DNA of 64,000 nt from Octopus sinensis. Its lineage: Eukaryota. Numbering within the stretch: the stretch's first letter is position 1; each line of letters begins with the position of its first letter. The notes under the pieces are model-generated. The model did no database searches, was not told the origin of the DNA, and saw nothing but the letters and a program-made list of their open reading frames with translations. Where the stretch lies: contig NC_043005.1 in NCBI RefSeq assembly GCF_006345805.1, positions 84,816,001 through 84,880,000 of the forward strand, in the 5' to 3' direction. Shown piece after piece: positions 53,105 to 64,000 of the stretch. Made by a program: the position numbers and the translations under genes.

Positions 53105-53695
53105 GTATCTTTTACTTGCTTCAATCATTAGACTGTGGCCATGCTGGGGCACCACCTTGAAAAATTCTTAGTTGAATGAATGGATCCCGGGACTTAATTT
53201 TTCAAAGCCTGGCACTTATTCTGTTGAGCTCTTTTACTGAGCTGCTAAATTATGAGGGTGTAAACACACCAATTCCGGTTGTCAAATGGTGGGAGGGGAC
53301 AAACTTGGACACACAGACACACACACATGTGTGCACGCACACTCATATATATATATATACATATACATATTGGTGTTAGTGCCACGTAAAAAGCACCCAG
53401 TACATTCTGTGAAGTGGCTGGCATTAGGAAGAGCATTCAGCTGTAGAAACCACATTAAAACAAAGGAGCCTGACGGGTCCCCTCACTTTACCAGCCCATG
53501 TCAAACTGTCCAACCCATGTTAGCATGGAAAACAAACGTTGAATGATGATGGTCATGTTGCTATACACACCAACAGGCTCTTTTCAGTTTTTACCAACCA
53601 AGTCCAGCTCATAAGGCTTTGGTTGAGACAAGGCTATAGTGGAAGACACTTGTTCAAGGTGCTGTGTAGTGGGACTGAACCTAGAACCACCTATA
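53105..53695 (-). mobile_element. SINE family A split by an RTE tail (53370-53550, +)
   Basis: 3' half at 53105-53330, head at 53570-53695. Confidence 0.7.
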
Positions 53696-54366
53696 TGAAA
53701 TTGCTTTAAGTAAATGAACAAGTTTAATGATATTCATATTGCACTTTAAAAAATGGTATGGCCCATACTATTTGACTGTGTCTGGTCCCAATCCTCCAAT
53801 CTTATTAGAAGGTCTCCATTTATATCCCAAGTGTGATAAAATAAGGGCTGCAGATTATTAGATTATTGAGTTCAATCAGCTCTAATCCCCTATGTGATAA
53901 AAATTAACTTTTATTTTATTTTATGTAAGAAATCAATAAACAAAATATTTTTATGGGAGCGAATTAGGTGTTACCATGAAGAAATATGGTATATGTGTGT
54001 ATGTATGTAAATCATATGTATGCATGTGTGTGTGTGTCTGTATCCTATATGTGTATATGTGTATGCATATCATATATGTGTATTTAAATATATATACATG
54101 TATAAGTGTGTGTGTATATCGTTTCTGTGCATATGTAGATGTGTATGATATCATATATGTATATATGCAGGCATGTGTGTGTGTGTGTGTGTGCATGTGC
54201 ATGTGTGTGTATCATATATATGCACACACACATATATGTTTGCATATATGCATGTATGTATGCATGTATGTGTGTATGTATGTGTCTAACTATCTATCTA
54301 CCTATTTACCTACCTACCTACCTTACCTACCTACCTACCTACCTACCTACCTACCTACCTACCTAC

Positions 54367-54399
<33 letters not shown>

Positions 54400-55198
54400 C
54401 CCATGCTGGTGGCATGTAAAAAGCACCACCCAAATGTGGCTGATGCCAGCGCCACCTTGACTGGCTTCCGTGTTGGTGGCACATAAAAAGGACCATCCGA
54501 TTGTGGTTGATAGCAGCCCCCTCTGGCCCCTGTGCCGGTTGCACTTAAAAAAGTACCTGCTTACACTCTTGGAGTGGTTGGCATTATGAGGGGCATCCAG
54601 CTGTAGAAACACTGCCAGATCAGACTGGAGCTTGGTGCAGCCTTCTGGCTTCCCAGACCCCAGTCTAACCTCCCAACCCATGCCAGCATGGAAAGCAGAC
54701 ATTAAGTGATGATGATTAATTCTGTAGCAAATACGTTTGTGGAGTGAAAAATATATATATTTACACATAATTAGAATAAAGTCCTATATTTGCCCTATTT
54801 ATATACTCTTTTACTTGTTTCAGTCATTTGACTGCGGCCATGCTGGAGCACCGCCTTTAGTCAAGCAAATCGACCCCAAGACTTATTCTTTGTAAGCCTA
54901 GTACTTATTCTATCAGACTCTTTTGCCAAACCGCTAAGTGATGGGGACGTAAACACACCGGCATCGGTTGTCAAGTGATGTTGTGGGGACAAACACAGAC
55001 ACATAAATACACATATATATATATATATATATACATATACATATCTATCAGTTTTCGTCTACCAAATCCACTCACAAAGCTTTAGTCAGCCTGAGGCTAT
55101 AGTAGAAGACACGTGTCCAGGGTGTCACACAGTGAGACTGAACCCGGAACCATGTGGTTGGTAAGCAAGCTACTTACAACACAGTCACTCCTGCGCCT
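54400..55198. mobile_element. RTE tail (+, 54400-54715) and full SINE A (-, 54805-55198)
   Basis: Collinear with other copies. Confidence 0.85.
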
Positions 55199-55228
55199 CT
55201 CTATATATATCTGTTACATAAATTACTT

Positions 55229-55449
55229 ATAGAAGTGGGTGCTGAAAAATTCCTGGCTTTAAAGATATCACAAAGGGCCTGGTTGGAGGCTCAATCTTCT
55301 GAGTTCCTTTTACAGAGCTTTGAAAAACTGAAAGGCCACTGCAATAAGAGTGAATCTGAGAGGGGAACAGGTTGAATAAAATCATAATTAATTGATCCTC
55401 CTGTATTTTCTTTTAGCCAAAGCCAGGAACTTTTCGGTACCCCCTTGTA
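55229..55449 (+). mobile_element. mariner-derived MITE
   Basis: TIRs TAGAAGTGGGTGCTGAAAAATTCCTGGCTTT / AAAGCCAGGAACTTTTCGGTACCCCCTTGTA; internal QSFEKLKGHCNK..RG resembles a transposase C-terminus. Confidence 0.8.
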
Positions 55450-55645
55450 TCATCATCATCATCATCATCATCGTTTAACGTCCGTTCTCCATGCTAGCAC
55501 GGGTTGGACGGTTCGACCAGGGATCTGGGAAGCCAGAAGGCTGCACCAGGCTCCAGTCTGATCTGGCAGTGTTTCTACAGCTGGATGCCCTTCCTAACGC
55601 CAACCACTCCGTGAGTGTAGTGGGTGCTTTTTACGTGCCAGGCGA
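55450..55645 (-). mobile_element. Young RTE 3' tail
   Basis: (CAT)n-CGTTTAACGTCCG..GGATGCCCTTCCTAACGCCAACC. Confidence 0.85.
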
Positions 55646-55742
55646 GGCTGGCAAGTATCATATCTTGATACTCTGAGGACAGACCCATTGATGTTAAATA
55701 AGGCATTAACCATTAAAGATTAATAACTCCCGTTTTTCGTAG

Positions 55743-55894
55743 GGACTGTAATTGTTGAGTATATAAAGAGATTGGCCGCTTGTTTCCCTGGGAATGGTCA
55801 AATTGATGTAGATGCCTCTGATGAAAAGCCGATAAGATTTGAAAATCAATTTGGGTCCACTTTTTTTCCATCTACTGAGACACAACCAGATTAG
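55743..55894 (+). CDS. Candidate terminal exon (xTVIVEYIKRLAACFPGNGQIDVDASDEKPIRFENQFGSTFFPSTETQPD*)
   Basis: ctcccgtttttcgtag| acceptor; 50 codons to TAG in phase 1; AATAAA at 56026-56031. Confidence 0.5.
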
Positions 55895-56039
55895 AACTGT
55901 TTATAAATCTACAATGATATACATTACATATACAAATATACATGCTTTGATATAAATATCTTTTCATACACACACACACGCAGCAAAAGATACTTACAAC
56001 AAAACACCAGATAGTGGTAAACAGAAATAAACATAAAAC

Positions 56040-56900
56040 TACCAAAACAATATATGTGAGTGTGTGTTGTATGTGTGTATTGTATGTGTGTGTTTTGTAC
56101 GTGTGTGTGTGTTGTGTGTGTGTGTTGTGTGTGTGTGTGTATGCATGTTGTATGTGTGTGTGTTGTATGTGTGTTGTGTGTGTGTATGTGCGTGTTGTGT
56201 GTGTGTGTTGTATGTGTGTGTTGTGTGTGTGTGTGTGTATCTATGCAAATGTCTTCATAACACTAATTTGTAACCACACAAAGTAAAGATGACCCCATAC
56301 AATGTGATGTGGTGGTATGCATTATATGTTTTCTTCTTATGGTTCTATAATTGACCATTGTTCGATTCTATAATCATTAGACTAAGTTTAGAAGCAGCCA
56401 GAGATCTTCGGATGAGATCAAGAAACAGAGTTTTTATAAGGGAAAAAAAAGCATCTGTGTTATTAGTGTCTCGTTATTAATATTGCTTTACCTAAGTTTT
56501 TTATGATTTCTTCATCACATGTGACCAGCACAGACTCAGAAACAAACAAACACGTACACACACACACACACACACTCACACACGTACACACACAGATGCA
56601 TGCACACACACACACATGCACACACAAGCACATGCACACTCACTCACACACACATACATGCACACCCACACACACTCACGCACACACATTCACTCTCACA
56701 CACTCACACACATGCACTCACACACATGCACTCACACACACACGCTCACACTCATACACATGATCACACACGTGTGGACTCATACCTCTACACACACAGG
56801 CACACATGCACTCACAGATATGCACTTACACACATACACCCTCACATTCTCTCACACACACACAGACACAGACACACACACACACACACACATGAAATAT
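56040..56900. repeat. (TG)n-rich array followed by (CA)n-rich array
   Basis: TG: 56040-56240; CA: 56550-56900. Confidence 0.9.
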
Positions 56901-57219
56901 TCTGTAAGCAAATCTCCTTGCAAATATATAAAGTGTTTTTCTGAACGAATTTCAGATTTAAAATGCTGGTAAAACCCACTTGGGTCGGGCTTTCATTTGT
57001 TCAATTAGACTTTAGTGTGTATTTATTTTAATTGTCATTGGCTCCAGCTCCTATCCAAGCATTAGGTATTCGTTTTGGTTCTTTGTTTACTGAGGTTCCA
57101 AGTTCAAATCTCAGCGATATTTGGTTTTTAGACCTACTCCATCATATGGCTTAGCCCCACCACCTGGGTACCTTCAAAAGTACTCCCCACCCCAGTTTAG
57201 CACCACCAACTGGCACCTT

Positions 57220-57520
57220 GGCTATCTTTAACAGTGTTCACTTGTGCTGCCAGACTGGCTCCCATGCAGGTAGCACATAAAAAGCAACCTTTTGAGCATG
57301 GTTATTGCCAGAACTGCCTGACAGGCCCTCATGCTGTTGGCACATAAAAGCACCCTCTACACTCTCAGAGTGGTTGGCATTAGGAAGGGCATCAAGCTGT
57401 AGAAACTGCCAGATTAGATTGAGCCTGGTACAGCCTTCTGACTTGCCAGTCCTCAGTCAAACCGTCCAACCCATGCCAGCATGGAAAGTGGACGTTAAAT
57501 GACATTGATGATGATGATGA
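57220..57520 (+). mobile_element. RTE 3' UTR/tail
   Basis: Tail motif plus (GAT)n. Confidence 0.8.
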
Positions 57521-57747
57521 TCTTCTCATTCTTTTGACCAGTCTTGGAGGCCCTGAAAAGGACCAAAGATACTTCCTTCCTTTTTGATTAAAGCAATGTA
57601 AATCTGTTCTCATAATCTATAAGCAGATAATCCAAAGTCTGTTCCATTCTATATGCAGGCATCTTCTTAGCTTTAATCCAGGATGTTTATGACAATGAGA
57701 TTACAGCTGTAACTCATTAAATTGTGGCTGCTAATTACAATTCTTAC

Positions 57748-57901
57748 CTTTCATCTGAAATGAGTCACCTGGTTCTTGAGTCTTCAGGAGATTCTCTTTT
57801 GTTGCTTGTACTAAAGTCGAGTCTTGGATCTGAGTTTCACCTTCTCTTTTCCTGTAAGTAGTTTTTGAGACTCTAAAGACACGAATGTTGCCATCCTTCC
57901 A
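57748..57901 (-). CDS. Candidate minus-strand exon or decayed coding relic (WKDGNIRVFRVSKTTYRKREG..GDSFQMK)
   Basis: ttttttgttttcttatgattaatcag| and AAG|gtaaga; 154 nt, open in one frame. Confidence 0.35.
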
Positions 57902-58070
57902 CTGATTAATCATAAGAAAACAAAAAATCATGGTTTTATGATACATCATAACGGATCATTAAAGATAATTAAATAATTATAAAGATTTTAGCAAAAGAAT
58001 GTTGGAGCATATATCTTTTATTGATTACAAATATCAGAATGGAAACCGAAGCAAAAAAAAAAGGAATGGC

Positions 58071-58107
<37 letters not shown>

Positions 58108-58130
58108 TAGAGACAGAGAAACAGAGAAAC

Positions 58131-58168
<38 letters not shown>

Positions 58169-58733
58169 ATTAGAGAAGTGTTAGAAAACTTGAATCAGAA
58201 TTCTTGTCAGGTTACAAACTGATTCCAGACTGACCATAATTATGTATGTTTCCACATTAACAAGGACATAGCAGAATTATAGAATACCTCCATTCCCATC
58301 ACACATCAGTGATTTTCAAACTTCTCATTAAAACCAATCTGTAACCATGTCAAATACATTCGTTTCCATTCCAATCAATCCTCATGATGCCTTGAACATT
58401 CCTGCTGTGCGTTTTACCTCTTTCTGTCGTCTGCTATCAAATTGACACATTCTCTTACGGCCAATTCTTCTTCGGCCTTCGTTTTTCTGTTTACCATTTT
58501 CTTCAGAATTTCATTTCTTCGTTTTGATCATATTGGTTCAATGTAGATTGGTCAAATATTAGTCTGCAAATTCTGTTTGTTGAGGCTTGAAAAATTTACC
58601 AAACAATGCATATATTCGATGCCACCCAGTTTCTGCTTGGTCAACTGTTATTTGTCACAGAACATGGTGGCCGTAGTGCAGGTGGGGTGTGGTGGGGCGG
58701 GGGCGGGTTCGGATGGAAAAATTCTTGGCATAC

Positions 58734-58807
58734 ATATGCCAACCATTCATTAATTTCTTCTGCAGACAATGATATGGAAGTTTGCATGAAGTGTTCAAGG
58801 AAGAATG
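58734..58807 (-). CDS. Candidate minus-strand exon (xFFLEHFMQTSISLSAEEINEWLAY)
   Basis: tttcttttgctttctcccaatgaatccag| and TAT|gtatgc; phase 1 to 0 joins 57901. Confidence 0.25.
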
Positions 58808-58856
58808 CTGGATTCATTGGGAGAAAGCAAAAGAAATAATAATAATAATAACAATA

Positions 58857-58912
<56 letters not shown>

Positions 58913-59391
58913 TATTATTATTGTCACCATTATCATTTTTATCATTATTATCATTACTTTTGTTATCCTCATCATCATCATCACCATCACCACCACCACC
59001 ACCAACACCAACACCACCACCACTACCATTACCACCATCACCATCACCATCACCACCACCACCACCACCATCATCATCATCATTACCCCCACCCCACCCC
59101 ACCCCCACCACCAACATCGTTGCTTTTATGATTATTGCCAAATTTGTATTATCATGTAATAAGTTACAACTTCGTCTTATGTATTCCAATAAGAAGCCAA
59201 ACCAGTCATAATGTTTGCATGCTTTACCATTTTTCTTCATTTTTCTTCTTCATTTACGGATTCCAGTCATTCAACTGGATCCATGTTGTGGCATCACCTT
59301 CAAGGAATTGCTAACACATGCATGAGCATAATCATATACATACATACACACATAAATACATATATATTTTTATATATATAGATATAATATG

Positions 59392-59430
<39 letters not shown>

Positions 59431-59465
59431 CACAACATACGTATATACATAGATAGATACATACA

Positions 59466-60271
59466 TACAAGATGCAATAGGTGAATTGTTGCCATTTTAT
59501 TACTTTTAATTTCATGCATGCACATTGTTTGTTACTGATTTTGTCGACTACACAGTATAGTAGGGTCAGGTGGGCACCGTCTTGGAGAAAAACGGCACCA
59601 TGACACAATTCACTGTGTCAGAAATTTGGCATTCACACCTGAAGCTCCAATACGAAGCACCAGAAGCTTCAATGTGAACATATACCAAGAGTGATAAAAT
59701 CAAACATCCAGTCAACATCATGCTGTTTGGAGTGATCACTAGTGATGGCAACGTTATGCCTCCATTCATTTTCCTGCACGGCCTCATACTCAACACAGAG
59801 GCTTACATCAAGTCCCTGGGTCAAGATGTTGGCTGTTGGAAGACCCTATATCTGGCAACAGGACTCTGCACCATGGCACACAAGCAGGAGAACCCAGTCA
59901 TGGCTGTCAAACACATCATCCATACCATCTGACCACCTAACTCCCCAGACTGCAACCCCCTTAATTATTATGTGTGGGGTGCAGTTGAGCGAGAGACCAG
60001 CAAAACTCCTTGTAACATCAAAGATGAACTGAAGGCAAGGGTTATAACAGCATTCACCAACTTAAACAAGGAGAACATCCAAGAGTTGCAGGAGATTCCA
60101 AAGTCGTCTGGAGGCCGTGGTTGAAGTCAATGGCAATTTTATTAAATAAATTTACTCTTTAGTATTTCAAGATATTTTTATGTAATTTTTGTAAATATAT
60201 CTGTTAAAATGAGATGTCAGTGTTATTTTCATTTTTGTGTAATTTAGATAACAGTTTATTTACCACACCTT

Positions 60272-60274
<3 letters not shown>
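59466..60274 (+). mobile_element. maT-like internally deleted transposon with both ends
   Basis: KHPVNIMLFGVITSDG..WQQDSAP.HTSRRTQSWL..(W)PPNSPDCNPL.YYVWG; imperfect TIRs beginning TACAAG / ending CTTGTA. Confidence 0.85.
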
Positions 60275-60324
<50 letters not shown>

Positions 60325-60463
60325 ATAATAATATTAGGGAGTATAACTCCAAACTTACAGGGAAAAATTCAATTTAGTATTAAATCAAATTTCACAGTAT
60401 AAATATATAAAATATGAATAAGAGAATATTTTAATTCATATTTTATATATATATATATGTGTG

Positions 60464-60502
<39 letters not shown>

Positions 60503-60713
60503 GTTATATAAAGGTTATAAGAGGTAATGGTGTCAGTAAGAGCCAAAGTTTGACTGTATACAAACTCTATACTTGGAATGACCAATTTTAAATACTATTG
60601 CATTTTACTCACAAATGCAATATCCCTGCATATCTCACATCTATTTTCATTCCTCCACTTCACTCTCTTTTTCATATCGTATCTTTAACTATTGCTTAAC
60701 CATTTTCTCACAC

Positions 60714-60763
60714 TGTCTCTGATGAAGAGATATAATAAATATCCTGGAAACAGCTGTAAGACA
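60714..60763 (+). ncRNA. Minimal type-I hammerhead motif in a PLE-like fragment (60330-60900)
   Basis: UGUCU-CUGAUGA-AGAGAUAU(AAUAA)AUAUCCUG-GAAA-CAGCUG-UA-AGACA: intact core, GUA triplet, 5-bp stem I, palindromic stem III. Confidence 0.75.
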
Positions 60764-61084
60764 TTCTATTTATAAATGCTCTAAAATCTTCACAGCCTTG
60801 GTTAATAAAATATTCCTGCATCTTTCAATGTGTAACTATTTATAATTCTTAAAATCTAAACCGTTTCAATGCAGGTTTGATTTTTTATTAGAAACCAGTT
60901 ACTTCAATATGAGAAGAACTTAAATAACCAAGACATAATGACAGATGTTTATACAAAGACATACATGCATAAACAAAAATGTTACCCAACAACTTGAATA
61001 ATCTTTATTCAAGAATATCCAATGGAAACGCAGGGTATTGGTCGGGTTAGTTCTTAAGTTATGATTTACATTTCAGAGTTAGGT

Positions 61085-61700
61085 AGATAGATGCAGAGAG
61101 AAAGGGAGAGTGAGAGAGAAGGAGATAAAGAATTAGGAAAGAGAAAGAAAAGGAGAGGGAGAGATAGATGGAGATGGAGAGGGATAGATAGATAGAGGGA
61201 GAAGGAGAGATAGATAGATGGAGAAGGAGAGGGAGAGATAGATAGATGGAGAAGGAGAGGGAGAGATGGAAAGATAGATAGATACAGAGAGAGAAGGGAG
61301 AAAGAGAAAAGGAGAGGGAGAGATAGATAGAGAGATAAATAGAGAGAGAGGACAGGGAGAGAGATAGACAGATAAATAACTAGATAGACAGCGAGAGAGA
61401 GAGAGGAGGAAGAGGAGAGGGGAAGACATACATAGATAGAGAGGAGAAAGAGAAAGAGGAGAGAGAAAAGGGGAGAAATAGATAGGCGGATAGATAGATA
61501 GATAGATAGAGAGGGAGAAATAGATAAATAGATAGATGGAGAGGGAGAGAGATAGGTAGATAGATAAACAGATAGACACAGAGATAGAGGAGAAGGAGAG
61601 AGATAGACAGATATATATATAGAGAGAGAGAAGGAGAGGGAAAATGAGAGGGAGAGACATAGATAGAAAGAGAGAGAGAAAAAGAGAGAGCGAGAGTGAA
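61085..61700. repeat. (GA)/(GATA)/(GGA) polypurine tract
   Basis: Directly visible. Confidence 0.95.
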
Positions 61701-62044
61701 TATTGAAATGTATCAAATAAGTGTCATAAATTTTTGAAAAATACCCTTTTTTAAAAATGAAATTTTGCAGAGATAGGTTTTCAATGAAGTAGTTTGCAAT
61801 TATGCGGATAAATTTAGCAAAATAACAATCTATAATTTATTGTAAATATACAAGTGAGAAAATTGTTTTAACTAATTTTCAGGTAACAAATAAATATTTC
61901 TTTTTTAGGCAATTAATATCTCTTTTATAATCTTTCATAAGCACAAATAAATTTAGTAAAAGTTAATTTAGAATTATTGTATGTTTGCCATATTCGCTGA
62001 TATTACTCTGGGTGGCAAAAATGTACTTTCAGAGTTACCTGTCA

Positions 62045-62310
62045 TATAAGGCAAGGGGCCGGCAGAAACGTTAGCACACCGGGTGAAATGCTTTGGTGAG
62101 CTGGCAGAAATGATTGCACACTGGGTGAAATGCTTAGTGGTATTTCGTTTGTCTTTACGTTCTGAGTTCAAATTCTGCCAAGGTTGACTTTGCCTTTAAT
62201 TCTTTCAGGGTTGATAAATTAAGTACCAGTTGCATACTGTGGTTGATCTAATCAACTGGCCCCCTCCCACAAAAAAAAAATGGAGCCTTGTGTCTAGAGT
62301 AGAAAAGAGA
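62045..62310 (+). mobile_element. SINE family B with duplicated head
   Basis: GGCAGAAA..GGGTGAAATGCTT occurs twice, followed by the body. Confidence 0.8.
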
Positions 62311-62355
62311 TTACTTACCATATAACGGATAACACTCTTCTCTATTTTATAATAA

Positions 62356-63250
62356 ACTAGCTTAAGGTGACCCGCTCTACACGTGGGTGAGAGTGTGGTT
62401 TATACTTTCTGTTGCTTCCTTTCTGTTTCTTATCCCCACATTCTCCCTCTTTGTTTCTCTCTCCTTACTCTCTCACTTTCCCACTCTCTTACTCTTCCTT
62501 TCTGTCAGACTCTCCCTTGGTTTCTCTTACTCTCTATCTTTTTCTGTCTATCTCTTTCCCATTTATAAAAAAACAAAAGATCTTGAGTAAGTTGAGAAAG
62601 AAAATATTTGGAAAGATCAATCATAAATATCAGGCAATGACAACGGAATGCACACTTGCCTTTTGTACGTGCCACTATTTGAGCGATTAAAAGTAAGGAA
62701 AAAAAAGGATTTCTTTGTTAAATTTAGTACTTATTTTGGGAATTTTTCAATGATTGACCATGCAAATGAAAGCTCTAAACACGGGCTTCATGCAGCTGTA
62801 AATTTCCTTCAGAAAAAATGAAAACCATAAACAATAAAAAATAAAAGGCAAAAATATGTAAAAATGAGAAATATTTTCAACTTCAAAAATCTTGCCTTAA
62901 TTTTCAAAATTTTGAACCCATTTTCTTTGCTTAAATTAGAAATCCACTTCCACTTTATCGTGTTGAAAATTTGATTGAAATCAGGCAAAAGTCGCCCAAT
63001 GTAGTCCCCAAAATCAATAAAATCCTTGCTTACACACCAAAGCAACCACTGTAGCATCCCAAAACGTCTCCCAATCAATTTCTCACCTCAAGTTACCCCT
63101 CCTGTAAATTTTAATCCCCTTCCAGCCCCATTTAGACCCTTTTTACATAAAAATCCAATGCGTATCAACGTTCACCTTCTTCATTTTATAGGCAAATATA
63201 AATGTTAGTTGGTTGGTTGATCTCTCCAGTTATATTTACATCAAATAGAT
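62356..63250 (-). mobile_element. Non-autonomous Helitron-like element
   Basis: Minus 3' end CCCACGTGTAGAGCGGGTCACCTTAAG-CTAG-T (GC hairpin + CTAG); 5' boundary uncertain. Confidence 0.5.
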
Positions 63251-63479
63251 GGAGTGGGGAGGGAAGGAAAGAATAAAGGAGAAATACAGAGGGAGATAAT
63301 ATAAAGTGAACAATAGGCTTGGTGGCAGGTAATGAGTAGAGGAATACTATACTCACACTCATCATAGAATTATGGGAAGACGAAGAGGAGGAGAGGAAGT
63401 AAATGACAAAAGTGGTATGCAAATAAAACATTTGAAATTTGTTTTATTTAATTCTATTTTAAATTAATTTTATCTGTCA

Positions 63480-63842
63480 CCTGTCTCAGTCATTTGATTG
63501 TGGGTATACTGGGGCAGTGGCTAAAAAGATATTTTAGTTGGGTGGATTGACTCCAGAACTTATTCTATCAGTCTCTTTTTGCTAAACCACTATGTTAAAG
63601 GATATAAACAAACCAGTGCCATTTGCCAGGCAGTGATGAGGGACACACACACACACACACATACACACACACACATAAGGCAGGCTTCTTTCAGTTTCCA
63701 ACCACCAAATTAACTCACAAAGCTTTGATCATCCTGAGGCTTAGTAGGAGAAACTTGCCTAAGGTGCTGTGCAGTGGGATTGAACCCAGAACCATATGGC
63801 TGACAAGCAAGCTCCTCATCACTCTGTCACACCTTCCTCTAC
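63480..63842 (-). mobile_element. SINE family A, diverged
   Basis: Collinear with other copies. Confidence 0.75.
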
Positions 63843-64000
63843 GTACACCTATGAAATCAAACTTAACAAAATAGCACCAACAAGTGCATCATACAATTGC
63901 CAACAGATGAATATTGAATTAATAATTTCTTTACATTGGAGGTGAAGCTCTTCATTTCATTGAAACTATTGTCAAAGGAAATATCTCAATTGCAGAAGAA

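Overview
AT-rich, microsatellite-saturated eukaryotic DNA. The repeat families look like those of an octopus (coleoid cephalopod); this is my recognition, not a database result. Nearly all ORFs in the supplied track are translations of (TA)n/(TG)n/(GAT)n/(GAA)n tracts and are not genes. Supported content: (1) several tRNA-headed SINE families in many copies; (2) decayed non-LTR retrotransposons: RTE-clade pieces plus about 12 RTE 3' tails, R4/Dong-type RLE fragments in (TAA)n, and a Penelope-like element (RT thumb + GIY-YIG); (3) mariner and maT-like transposase relics, a mariner MITE and Helitron-like pieces; (4) a probable intron-rich plus-strand gene of unknown product with five phase-compatible exon candidates (31579-31622, 34982-35121, 48480-48509, 52729-52762, 55743-55894) and weaker upstream candidates; (5) minimal hammerhead-ribozyme motifs of the Penelope type. 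The most notable items are a tRNA-like Pol III head fused to tandem hammerhead units (44510-45055) and a three-copy hammerhead-like family with U at core position 6. Exon calls are manual and need RNA-seq. Repeat boundaries are approximate.
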